A stretch of DNA of 46,951 bases, taken from an uncultured archaeon (GTDB lineage Archaea; Thermoplasmatota; Penumbrarchaeia; JASLWR01). Below, in pieces: positions 1 to 8,645 of this stretch (position 1 is its first letter; each line of letters starts with the position of its first letter). The stretch spans positions 1 through 46,951 of the forward strand of contig CAYSHM010000025.1 of NCBI GenBank assembly GCA_964430885.1. The letters are read 5' to 3'. The translations under genes were made by a program, and so were the position numbers. Below the pieces are notes generated by a model that saw only the letters and a program-made list of their open reading frames with translations, was not told the DNA's origin and did not search any database.

Positions 1-29
1 AAGAGCTGAAAGTAGGGGACAAGGTCAGG

Positions 30-527
30 GTGAGAATCGTGACCCTCAATATCAAGATCAAGAGTGAAAAGGAACTTTTTTCTCTTCTAGAGCGGGCTTA
101 CTTTTATGAGGAAATGCTGGAGAATGATTTGGATTGGGATGCATTTCTTTTCATGGGTGAAAAGTTCCGCGATGTGGTTTTCAAGTTGGCCCATGATTCA
201 GCAGGCCACAAGGAAAATATACAGGGTTTGGCCGATAATCTGGAGGGTATGGTAATTGGAGATTTGAAAGAGAAAATCAACGTGCCCCAGTATAACTTTC
301 AGGATTTGGAGGATGAGGAGATAGTATCCAAACTTTACGATCTGGAAGTTCTCATGGAGGACTTCTATACGAATCTTTATAAGCATACCAGCAGGAAACT
401 TATTAGAGATATTTGGCTTGGAGATAATTCTGAAGAATTCTTTCAAAATATAAAATTTTTAATAGCCCAGGAAAGAACGCACCAGAAACTGCTGGAACCT
501 TATGTGAAGACCATCCAGAGAATTTAA
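30..527 (+). CDS. Ferritin-like/rubrerythrin-family four-helix protein (5' end uncertain)
   Basis: Helical pattern with metal-ligand-like motifs ERAYFYEE, HDSAGH, LEVLMEDFY, QERTH. The frame is open back to the window edge; GTG at 39 follows a GGTGA RBS. Confidence 0.6.
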   Translation: MRIVTLNIKIKSEKELFSLLERAYFYEEMLENDLDWDAFLFMGEKFRDVVFKLAHDSAGHKENIQGLADNLEGMVIGDLKEKINVPQYNFQDLEDEEIVSKLYDLEVLMEDFYTNLYKHTSRKLIRDIWLGDNSEEFFQNIKFLIAQERTHQKLLEPYVKTIQRI

Positions 528-605
528 TTGTCAGTATTCATTTGCCAATTACAATAGCTTATTTCTAAGTGGCTACTCAAACCGACATGTATTCTATCCC
601 TTCCA

Positions 606-620
606 GTAATCTTTATATAT
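606..620 (+). promoter_or_regulatory. TATA box for a probably leaderless transcript of the 641 gene
   Basis: TTTATATA at 612-619, about 22 nt before ATG 641, with no RBS. Confidence 0.5.
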
Positions 621-640
621 TTCACCAACAATGATCAACC

Positions 641-1312
641 ATGGCCCTAACAACAGATAAAGATCCTCGAATACTTGTTGCTGAATTGGCTTTCGATAGG
701 CTTAACAAGAACATATATCAGAAATCCAGCGTTAAGGTATATGTTAGCAGGGAGAAGACCAAAGAGATTATGAACAATATCCGGTCAGACCTGATGAAGC
801 TTAAATACAGCTATCTGCCATCCCATCAGCTGCCCGATCACTCCATAGTAAAGGGTATTTTCGAAACAGCAAAAGAGCTTTACCAGCATCATTCAGATAA
901 AATTGGTCGAGGGATGTCCGGGATTCATAAGGCAAATGCAATGTGGGCATTTCGGATTTTATCCGGGCTCCCCCGGCGTTTCAGGAATCCAGGGGAGATA
1001 CCCTGTCATGGTGTTGATATTTTTGCAGTGAAGATAAGGAATACTTCTGCCAATGGGAACTTCACAGATACAAAGTGCTTTGCAGGCCCTATGGATATGA
1101 CCATTGTTACAAATATTGTTGGACTTAAACCCGGCGATACTTTGGCTGCGGCCTTGCTGCCTCCCGCCATTGTTGGAGGTACGATCAGCGAAGCTATGTT
1201 CCTTGGTGAGGATAAGCTTGATATTGCACCCGGAACCTTTCTGAAAATGGAGGCTCAACAGCTGAAAGAAGCTGATGGGATCCTGTTTGATGAGCTCAGA
1301 AAATTGGGTTGA
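641..1312 (+). CDS. Archaeal tRNA-binding protein with C-terminal EMAP/Trbp111 OB fold (COG2517-like)
   Basis: N-terminus TDKDPRILVAE; C-terminal IVTN...GD..AAALLPP..VGG..SEAMFLG is typical of the tRNA-binding OB domain. Confidence 0.8.
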   Translation: MALTTDKDPRILVAELAFDRLNKNIYQKSSVKVYVSREKTKEIMNNIRSDLMKLKYSYLPSHQLPDHSIVKGIFETAKELYQHHSDKIGRGMSGIHKANAMWAFRILSGLPRRFRNPGEIPCHGVDIFAVKIRNTSANGNFTDTKCFAGPMDMTIVTNIVGLKPGDTLAAALLPPAIVGGTISEAMFLGEDKLDIAPGTFLKMEAQQLKEADGILFDELRKLG

Positions 1313-1373
1313 ACGGTATGCTTCGTTATTTATCCTTACCAATGATTTTTTTGAAGGACACGAGAGTGAACAA

Positions 1374-1667
1374 ATGAAAAAAGAAAAGAGTGTTACCATC
1401 AGGGACGAGGTTATTGATGGTACAAAGATAAGTTTGGCCATCCAAATCGACGGCGAGGGGAATTTGATAATGGACGGATATGATATTGGTGATGCGCCTA
1501 AAGAGTTTTGGGGTGACAGCGATTATGAGTACTCCGTTACTGTGAAAGAGCATTTTAAGGAGGATGTTCTTCTCCATCTTATTAAAGACCGCTTTAACAC
1601 ATCCACCCAGTTCATGGAATGGCTGGATGCACATAAGATTCCTTACAAGTTCTTCAGCTGGGTATGA
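1374..1667 (+). CDS. Small acidic hypothetical protein
   Basis: ATG at 1374 after GAGTGA avoids overlap with the upstream gene; protein-like motif GYDIG..PKEFWGDSDYEY. Confidence 0.6.
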   Translation: MKKEKSVTIRDEVIDGTKISLAIQIDGEGNLIMDGYDIGDAPKEFWGDSDYEYSVTVKEHFKEDVLLHLIKDRFNTSTQFMEWLDAHKIPYKFFSWV

Positions 1668-2393
1668 TTACTCTTCGAACTGCTGGGCCTGCTGTATCTC
1701 CATTTCCATATTGGAGAATGCCGCTTCCTCGAATTCCATATCTGAGAATTCCTCGTTTGCTGCGTGGCTTCTTCTGCTGTGGGGTGTTTTTATTGTTTCC
1801 TTCTGTTTAACTATGAACTCTATCTTCAGAAGAATTTCCTTCTCTGCTTTGATATTAAATTCGTAGATATATTCCGGAGGCTCCTTTCCTTTCGGTTGTG
1901 GATCTGAGGATTTGAAGGTCAGTTCCTGAGCGGGGTCATCCTGGATCTTCAAAATGAGGTGTATGTCGTGTTCGTTTTTATTTGCTATCTTTATAGACCT
2001 TGTTATGTATTCGGTCCATGTCCGTTCCAGCATTGTTTTTGAAAGCCGTTTTTCTTTTAGATCCTTCTTGATTACATTTGCCAGGTTATCCTGTACTTCA
2101 ACAAAAGGATCGTCAATATGTTCAGAACTGAAAGAATCCCTTTTGGAAGAAACAACGGTATGAGTAATTGTTTGAGGTATTCCTTCTTTCTTTATAATGA
2201 GCTGGGATGAGGGAATGAAATCCTTGTTCTTGAGGTCGAAAAGGGTATACTTCATATTGACTGATCTCGGCGTATTGTCCTTGATATTGTATATATTATA
2301 GAAGGCCGTGCAGTTCCATTGTGCTTTCATTTTAGCATAGGTATCGATAAATGAGACCCAAGTGGTCTTCCTTGATTCCAGAGTTATGTTCAT
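1668..2393 (-). CDS. DUF4139-like protein, C-terminal half
   Basis: Own RBS GGAGGTGA; beta-rich sequence (YITRSIKIANKNEHDIHLIL...YEFNIKA...IEFIV) resembles the DUF4139 C-terminus; lies directly downstream of the N-terminal half. Confidence 0.5.
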   Translation of the reverse strand: MNITLESRKTTWVSFIDTYAKMKAQWNCTAFYNIYNIKDNTPRSVNMKYTLFDLKNKDFIPSSQLIIKKEGIPQTITHTVVSSKRDSFSSEHIDDPFVEVQDNLANVIKKDLKEKRLSKTMLERTWTEYITRSIKIANKNEHDIHLILKIQDDPAQELTFKSSDPQPKGKEPPEYIYEFNIKAEKEILLKIEFIVKQKETIKTPHSRRSHAANEEFSDMEFEEAAFSNMEMEIQQAQQFEE

Positions 2394-2405
2394 TTTTTCA
2401 CCTCC

Positions 2406-3080
2406 CTATTTCATCAGCATAACGTTCATAGTCTGCTTCTTCATCTGCTGTCTGAGCTCACTGGGCTTTACTCGATAATTGGCACTCCCATCTTTGAAAT
2501 CCTTAGCGAAGTCGGCAAACTGGACCTCCACATTGTCAAACCGGATGGCACTTTCGTTCTTTATGGCTATCAATCCCTGTATCCTCACCTTGTTGTCCTT
2601 CGAGTATTGGTCTACGGTGATTGTGGGTTTCCAAGAAAAACGGCCATCATCGATGAAGTAGGATAGTTTGATATTCGTTTTCTTCTTGTTTTTGGAAACA
2701 AGCCACAGAAGTAAATAGACCTCCTCATCCAGATAGGTGCTGAGAGAGATATCCTCGCATATCTCGAGAATCTCCCTTCTGCGGTCTCCGATGTCCTTGG
2801 ATTCCTGTATCAATCTGGAAGCGGCTTGAGTTTCTCTCTGGAGGGTATCTTCTACATACTGCCGGTTTGGTTTTTTAATCACAATCTCGCGGAGTTCAAC
2901 CTTTTTCTCACCAAGGTCTACATTAAAGGTTTCGGGATCGAAACTGGAAGGCACTCCCTTCACCAATAATTTGTTATCACCCTTTTCAAGATCAATCTTC
3001 ATTTCCCTTGTAATAATACCTCCACCGCCGCTGAATATCACAAATCGTGAAATTCCCGGGTCAATTATTCTTTTTTCCAT
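2406..3080 (-). CDS. DUF4140/DUF4139-like protein, N-terminal half
   Basis: VIFSGGGGIITRE..IDLEKGDN.L.VKGVPSSFDPET, a short coiled coil, then LSYF..GRFSWKP and AIKNES...F.NV.V; RBS GAGGTG. Confidence 0.6.
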   Translation of the reverse strand: MEKRIIDPGISRFVIFSGGGGIITREMKIDLEKGDNKLLVKGVPSSFDPETFNVDLGEKKVELREIVIKKPNRQYVEDTLQRETQAASRLIQESKDIGDRRREILEICEDISLSTYLDEEVYLLLWLVSKNKKKTNIKLSYFIDDGRFSWKPTITVDQYSKDNKVRIQGLIAIKNESAIRFDNVEVQFADFAKDFKDGSANYRVKPSELRQQMKKQTMNVMLMK

Positions 3081-3154
3081 AATTGGTACACCTCAATCAT
3101 TATTTCATATCAGATCATATTATTCTGTTCATTTATCTTTGTGAACTTAAATTT

Positions 3155-3631
3155 TCATAACTTTCTCCACTGTTCTTTTATCATTACCTGGTCAAGTCCC
3201 TTAGTCTTGTTGAGATTATTCCAATTTTCCTGCTTCCAGTAGTTTGATTCCCAAGGTTTTCTTCCCAGCCCTTTCTCTATTGTTTTCATCAGTTCAATAA
3301 AATTTTTATTCTTCCCTTGGTCTTTTGTATTAATAGGGCATATTTCCACTAGGGACTGCCAGTTTGAATCTCCGAATATCAAGGAACTGGCCTCAAGAGC
3401 AAATTTGCCATAAACCAACTGCATTCTCCAAGGGTAATAATCATAGGCTTTTACAAGTTTAATTGATCGGCTTTGAGGCTTTTGAAAAGCTATTTCGATC
3501 AATATCTCTCCTATATCAGTGATCATTATTCGGTCTCTATAATTTCTAGGTGATTCTTTCCGCCCTTTCTTCAGTCCTTTCTTGGATAATGTGGGTCTTA
3601 GATGATTGGGTAGGGCAACAAAGATATCCAT
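3155..3631 (-). CDS. Hypothetical basic protein
   Basis: 158-aa ORF with an upstream GGAGA; no recognisable motif. Confidence 0.55.
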   Translation of the reverse strand: MDIFVALPNHLRPTLSKKGLKKGRKESPRNYRDRIMITDIGEILIEIAFQKPQSRSIKLVKAYDYYPWRMQLVYGKFALEASSLIFGDSNWQSLVEICPINTKDQGKNKNFIELMKTIEKGLGRKPWESNYWKQENWNNLNKTKGLDQVMIKEQWRKL

Positions 3632-3883
3632 GGATCATTCTCCATTGAAATGTTCTTAATGGTGGTATTAATTAAGCTATATTCAGTATTCAATGGTAGA
3701 TATTGTTTATATTATTTGAAGGTATTTTATTTTCCTAACCGAGACCTTTTGAAGCTTCACTAAACAGTTCGGTCATCATAGAAGGCGACTGGGAACTTTC
3801 AATTGTTTTTTATGAAGCAGGGTAACCACCATATTTTAAGTTTAATAATATCTGAGTTGACCCACTAACTCGATTAATAAAAG

Positions 3884-3967
3884 TGCGAGGGACGAGATTC
3901 GAACTCGCGAACCACTAAGGACTAGACCCTGAATCTAGCGCCGTTGACCGGGCTGGGCTACCCTCGC
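3884..3967 (-). tRNA. tRNA-Leu(CAG), intronless, CCA not encoded
   Basis: Minus strand reads GCGAGGG TAGCCCAGCCCGGTCAACGGCG CTAGA-TTCAGGG-TCTAG, long variable arm, GCGAG-TTCGAAT-CTCGT, CCCTCGC A. Confidence 0.96.
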
Positions 3968-3988
3968 TTTTTATTCCTTTTCCCGATT

Positions 3989-4079
3989 TGGTCAACGGTA
4001 TCCGGTGAGTAACCGGAGGTTGCGAGCTTGGCAATAACTTGGTTCTTGCCTTGTTGACCGGGCAGGGCTGCCCTTACGC
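3989..4079 (-). pseudogene. Degenerate tRNA-Leu-like copy / structured RNA upstream of tRNA-Leu
   Basis: AGGGCAGCCCTGCCCGGTCAAC matches 20 of 22 nt of the neighbouring tRNA 5' part. It is followed by an anticodon-like arm (loop ACCAAGT), a T-like arm TCCGG-TTACTCA-CCGGA and a terminal ACCA. Confidence 0.55.
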
Positions 4080-4141
4080 AAATGAGATAATTTTGTATAA
4101 TCTGAAATTAATTATGAATCTGCGATCGGATTTGAATGGGA

Positions 4142-4582
4142 TCATTCACCGAGTTCATCGTCATCGTCTCTCAGCATCTCATCCTCGTCTACCTCTTCCT
4201 CTTCTTCTCTAGGTTTGCGTTCTCTGTTCCTTGACCCTTCCTTTATTTCCTTGACGATATCCCACATTTGATCTGATATGCGGTCTTCCAATCGTGTAAG
4301 TTCCATTCTCACCCTGAGTTTACCCTGATCGAAAAAAATATAGGTGGATTTCACTTGTGACCTGAAACATCTCACACTCTTTCCCTTACTGGATAACTTT
4401 GTATCTACACATTTGATTAGATCAAGGTTGGCCAGTTTTTTAATCTTCTTATAACATACCGCAATGGGTATATCCAGTTCTTCACTTAGTTCTTGGGCAG
4501 TCTTTGGGAATTTAAAAGAATCTGCCAGTATTCTAAGCGTATCCTTGTCCGAGAACAACTTTGCCATTTCCAACGCTTTCAT
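4142..4582 (-). CDS. Winged helix-turn-helix (ArsR-like) transcriptional regulator with acidic tail
   Basis: TAQELSEELDIPIAVCYKKIKKL..LDLI HTH, wing SSKGKSVRCFRS, E/D-rich C-terminus. Confidence 0.8.
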   Translation of the reverse strand: MKALEMAKLFSDKDTLRILADSFKFPKTAQELSEELDIPIAVCYKKIKKLANLDLIKCVDTKLSSKGKSVRCFRSQVKSTYIFFDQGKLRVRMELTRLEDRISDQMWDIVKEIKEGSRNRERKPREEEEEVDEDEMLRDDDDELGE

Positions 4583-4792
4583 CCATTCACACCCGATGGC
4601 TTTATATTGGTCAGTTTACCAAACGTATTGTCCCCAATCTTTTAAAATCAGATTATTGACCGTCTATCTAGGCAAACTCGCAAGCAAGGGGTAATATAAA
4701 ATGCGCTATATATACATTTCTATTTACAATGCCAATGTTCCCTCCCGACCCGAAGGTGGACCTATACATATCGGATTTCATATGGGAAAGCT

Positions 4793-7700
4793 TCATTCCA
4801 CCTCTTCTCGAGATACATCGTGTTCATATTTCCGCCTGATTCTCAGAAAAATGAAGAACCCAATGGCCATTAGAATGGGAATGAGGATCAAAATGAATAT
4901 CCAAACTGTCGGGATATTCCTACTTTTCTTGGGTTCCATCTCATCAGGTTCAGTACTCTTTACAGAGAAATATTTCAACCCAAAATCCTCATCATCGCTA
5001 TGAAACTCGATACCATTCAATTTACCCTTAAAGATAATGAAATAATCCCCCTGATCAAGGTCGGATATGTCCCAATTAGAAACTGACCAGTTGCCGGAAG
5101 TACTGGAAAATCTGAGATGTGTTTTCTTCAATACCACTCCTTTATAGGTTATGTCATAAATCTCTGCAGTTACTGTTAATGAATCCTGATAATTTCCATT
5201 TCGGCTCCCTGATATATTCAGTTCGAATATATCCAGCCCTCGATAGGTTCCATTGATGTCAAGGTTCTGGACCACTCTGATAACCGGTTCGTCAGTGAAT
5301 CGATAAACATGCAGTACCTGCACCTGATGTGACCCGTTGAGACTGGTACCTGTTAAGGTAAGTTCTCCATTGCCACTTGAAAACATGGGGAAGGACAGTG
5401 TCAGGAACCAATTCATCTCAATCATGTATACCCCTGAAGGCAGGAAAGACATGTTGAAATTCAAATCAGCCGCCATGTTGTTCTCCAATTGTAGATCGAA
5501 GATTCGGGTCAGATTGTTCTCACCTCCCAGCAGCCCCATTTCGAAAACAAGCTGGTTTTGGATTATCAATCCATTGTATGCACTTTTCAGTAATATTTCT
5601 GGAATATTGTATTCAATATCTTTCAACGAGAGTGTCTGGCTCATGAGGCCTGTGTAGTTGGTTTCTGCTATGGTGAAAGATATTGATGGTATGGAAGGAA
5701 TGGTTACGGTACATTGTAGCATAATATTGCTGTCAAATACGGTATTCATCTCGAGGATTGCCCGATATATTCCGGGGATAACACCTGATAAATTGATTTT
5801 CCCAGTCTGCCATGTTTTGGAGATATCATTGAAAGTGAGCATATCCCCGTAATCCAATTCCGCTATTTTTTTTCCATCCTCATATCCTTCAAAAAAGATC
5901 CTGGAAGAAACCATTTCTATGTTAGTTATGTGTGGTTGATCCGATTTTGATGTGTTTAAGGTTATATCTTTGATTTGATAGTTGAGATCGCTGTCCAAAT
6001 CTGAAGAATGATTAGTAATATTAACAATATGGTCTATGATGAATGATGACCCATATGATGTTTTGGTCTGAATGTATTTGCCAAGGTAAGTAAAATTAAA
6101 AATTACTGTATGAGTTCCCTCCTGAAGTGAAGATACATCTATTCCTAAACTGTACCATGATCCATTATTCTCATCGAAGCTCATATTTCCGCTGATGGTT
6201 TCAGATCCAAGTATATCTTCAATCGTATAGGTGGAGTTCTCTATGGGTCCGAGGCCTGCGGTTTCAGTGGGTTTTTCCGAATAAACAAGGGTCATTTTAT
6301 TTATATCGAGTTTCTGCTCATCTCCCCCCGAATAATCAATATTGACCTGAGATATGGTAATAAGATCATAAAGAATTATTGATGAGATCTGAGATGTGAA
6401 TAGAGTATCATTCCCATTGACCTTTGCCTCGGCTCTCAAGTAAAGCAGTCCAGAAGAGTTTGGGAGGGTGAATTTGGATTCGAAAGGTCCTGGATTGCCT
6501 GAATAGGGCCCAATGCTGATAACCGGAGAATCCCAGCTGTCACTATTATAAGAACAGATAAGGCGGGTTTCGTCAACATGATCCGCCCCCTGAACAGACC
6601 ATACCACCATGGTGTCATTACCCTTCAATGAAGTTTCGTTTAATGAAATGATACTCACATGTGGACTTGTATTAATAATTACCATATCCGAAAAAGCAGA
6701 ATGTCCTGTTGAATTCTCCGCAAAACATCTGACATATGTAGAGCCCCATGAATCCGGAAGATCAATGGCCGCGCTATAGGTGGAATCGGCAATGAGAGTT
6801 CCGTTTAATTCACTACCGCTTGTGATGAGCGGATCTTCATCACCCCAGGCAATATTGGTTTTTTGGATTTCCCCCCTTATGTTCACAGTCCAATTCACCA
6901 CCGCTATGCTTCCTGCATTCATATGAAGAGGGTAATCAATAATCTCAATCCTATCCTGAACCTGTATGCTGAAAATCTTACTTGTGAAGTTCTTCTTACA
7001 TATCAATCTGTTTTCTCCATTGGTGAATTCGTAATTGTCCCTAGACCTTAGATTTGCATAGTAGCTCTGGGGTTCTACTTCCGGATCAGGTGTATTCTGA
7101 TCAGTTACAAACCCGTCCACCTGGGATGATATTATATAATAGTAGGTGCCTGGTTCATCGGGGGCGTTTAATGTCCTTCTGAACTTCTTGAGTGTGTAAG
7201 GGTTCCCTCCGTCGTCCTTTCCTTCCCAACTGCTTTCCCCCATAGGTCCATTGAGAGTTTCTTGGGAATTGTTAAATGGATCGGGATCACTTCCGAATGC
7301 GATTGTAGTTTTATCAACTTCTTCACAGCCTCCAACGATCCATTCCAATTCAAAGCTCTCTCCGGGAAGGAGAGGTCCTTCAGGTATACCGTTATCATGA
7401 ATGGTCACATAAGGGGATATTGTGTCGATGACATACAATCCAAGCCTGATATTTTTGGAAATGTATCCGTCACCGTTTCCCCCTGGTGTATATATATCTT
7501 CACTGGTGCCGAATGTGGTAATGCTAGGTTCTTTGGTGGATGATATTTCCACAGTATAACCCAGGGATCTGCATCCGTCAGTATTCCAACCTGGCTCGTT
7601 ATTGGCAGCGTCCCATGAGGCGGCATATGCATAATCTGAAAATGCTCCTCTGGCCCAGTATATTACCTGGTTGTTTCTGCCTGTGGGATAGTATCCGCTG

Positions 7701-8530
7701 TAACTACCAGCATAGTTTCTCATACCGAAACCTTGACTGTGGAAAGCCGCATCATCTGGACATTCGTCAGAATCGGTATCGTGGGCAGGCACCCCCCATG
7801 CATAACCTATTGCCTCAATCCCTGAATGCCAGTTCACCCCGGAAATGAACAGGTGCTCGGACATAAGAAGGTGGACTGCATGAGCTCCTATGGTTGTGAA
7901 AGGAATGTTCTCTGGATCATAGGAGAAATCCCTGTTCAGATCTTCACCATCACCATCCACTCTGACGTTCTCCTCCAATCCATATGGGTTCAAGCATGGT
8001 ATGATGTAAATTTCTCTAGTATCCACCAAATGGCGGATATAACTGTCGTTCCGGTAATTGTCCAGAAGTGTTCTTGCTAGGTACATTGCCGCGGGTACCG
8101 CGATAGCCTCATTACCGTGTATTCCTCCCAGGAACAGCACTTCGGGTGTAGTATCCCTGACCCTGCTTTCATTTGTTATTCGTAATATATATACTTTGTA
8201 GCCGTCAGCACAGTCCGACAAACCGAACCTGTCCTGGGCAGTTGTGAGGTCAACCAGGTTAGGCCAGGTGCTGTTCATTAGATTGAGTTCTGCAGTCATT
8301 GTGCTATAGCTGAAATAGTCATATTGAATAATGTTTCTATTTTTGGCAGTACAATAACTGGTATCAAATTCGGCAGAGTGATATAATGATGCGGATTTTT
8401 TTTCTATCTCCTTTTCGAATTCCGTTGAAGAAGAAAGGTAGGGTATGCAGGTCAAGAATAATAAAAATGCGATAACAACAAGTATTAAGAATATTTGATG
8501 AAATGGAGCTTCTTCCTCCTTGGAATTCAT
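4793..8530 (-). CDS. Secreted, C-terminally anchored M14 zinc carboxypeptidase with Ig-like repeats
   Basis: Signal/TM at the N-terminus; GGIHGNE (HxxE), LNPYG, DLNRDF, NWHSG, YTVEIS; C-terminal TM followed by RIRRK. Confidence 0.88.
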   Translation of the reverse strand: MNSKEEEAPFHQIFLILVVIAFLLFLTCIPYLSSSTEFEKEIEKKSASLYHSAEFDTSYCTAKNRNIIQYDYFSYSTMTAELNLMNSTWPNLVDLTTAQDRFGLSDCADGYKVYILRITNESRVRDTTPEVLFLGGIHGNEAIAVPAAMYLARTLLDNYRNDSYIRHLVDTREIYIIPCLNPYGLEENVRVDGDGEDLNRDFSYDPENIPFTTIGAHAVHLLMSEHLFISGVNWHSGIEAIGYAWGVPAHDTDSDECPDDAAFHSQGFGMRNYAGSYSGYYPTGRNNQVIYWARGAFSDYAYAASWDAANNEPGWNTDGCRSLGYTVEISSTKEPSITTFGTSEDIYTPGGNGDGYISKNIRLGLYVIDTISPYVTIHDNGIPEGPLLPGESFELEWIVGGCEEVDKTTIAFGSDPDPFNNSQETLNGPMGESSWEGKDDGGNPYTLKKFRRTLNAPDEPGTYYYIISSQVDGFVTDQNTPDPEVEPQSYYANLRSRDNYEFTNGENRLICKKNFTSKIFSIQVQDRIEIIDYPLHMNAGSIAVVNWTVNIRGEIQKTNIAWGDEDPLITSGSELNGTLIADSTYSAAIDLPDSWGSTYVRCFAENSTGHSAFSDMVIINTSPHVSIISLNETSLKGNDTMVVWSVQGADHVDETRLICSYNSDSWDSPVISIGPYSGNPGPFESKFTLPNSSGLLYLRAEAKVNGNDTLFTSQISSIILYDLITISQVNIDYSGGDEQKLDINKMTLVYSEKPTETAGLGPIENSTYTIEDILGSETISGNMSFDENNGSWYSLGIDVSSLQEGTHTVIFNFTYLGKYIQTKTSYGSSFIIDHIVNITNHSSDLDSDLNYQIKDITLNTSKSDQPHITNIEMVSSRIFFEGYEDGKKIAELDYGDMLTFNDISKTWQTGKINLSGVIPGIYRAILEMNTVFDSNIMLQCTVTIPSIPSISFTIAETNYTGLMSQTLSLKDIEYNIPEILLKSAYNGLIIQNQLVFEMGLLGGENNLTRIFDLQLENNMAADLNFNMSFLPSGVYMIEMNWFLTLSFPMFSSGNGELTLTGTSLNGSHQVQVLHVYRFTDEPVIRVVQNLDINGTYRGLDIFELNISGSRNGNYQDSLTVTAEIYDITYKGVVLKKTHLRFSSTSGNWSVSNWDISDLDQGDYFIIFKGKLNGIEFHSDDEDFGLKYFSVKSTEPDEMEPKKSRNIPTVWIFILILIPILMAIGFFIFLRIRRKYEHDVSREEVE

Positions 8531-8645
8531 GAAAGTAATAGTGTTTTTAAAATATTTGTTCTTTGCCTCTTATTGGGTAATTGAATAAAAGAAAAAAGGA
8601 TTAATAAAGGCCGTATAAAGAAATAAATTGTTGATAGATAAAAAA

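Noticed and set aside
3735-3780. Box C/D sRNA candidate (minus strand ATGATGA followed by CCGAACTGT)
   Set aside because: No CTGA D or D' boxes at the expected spacing.
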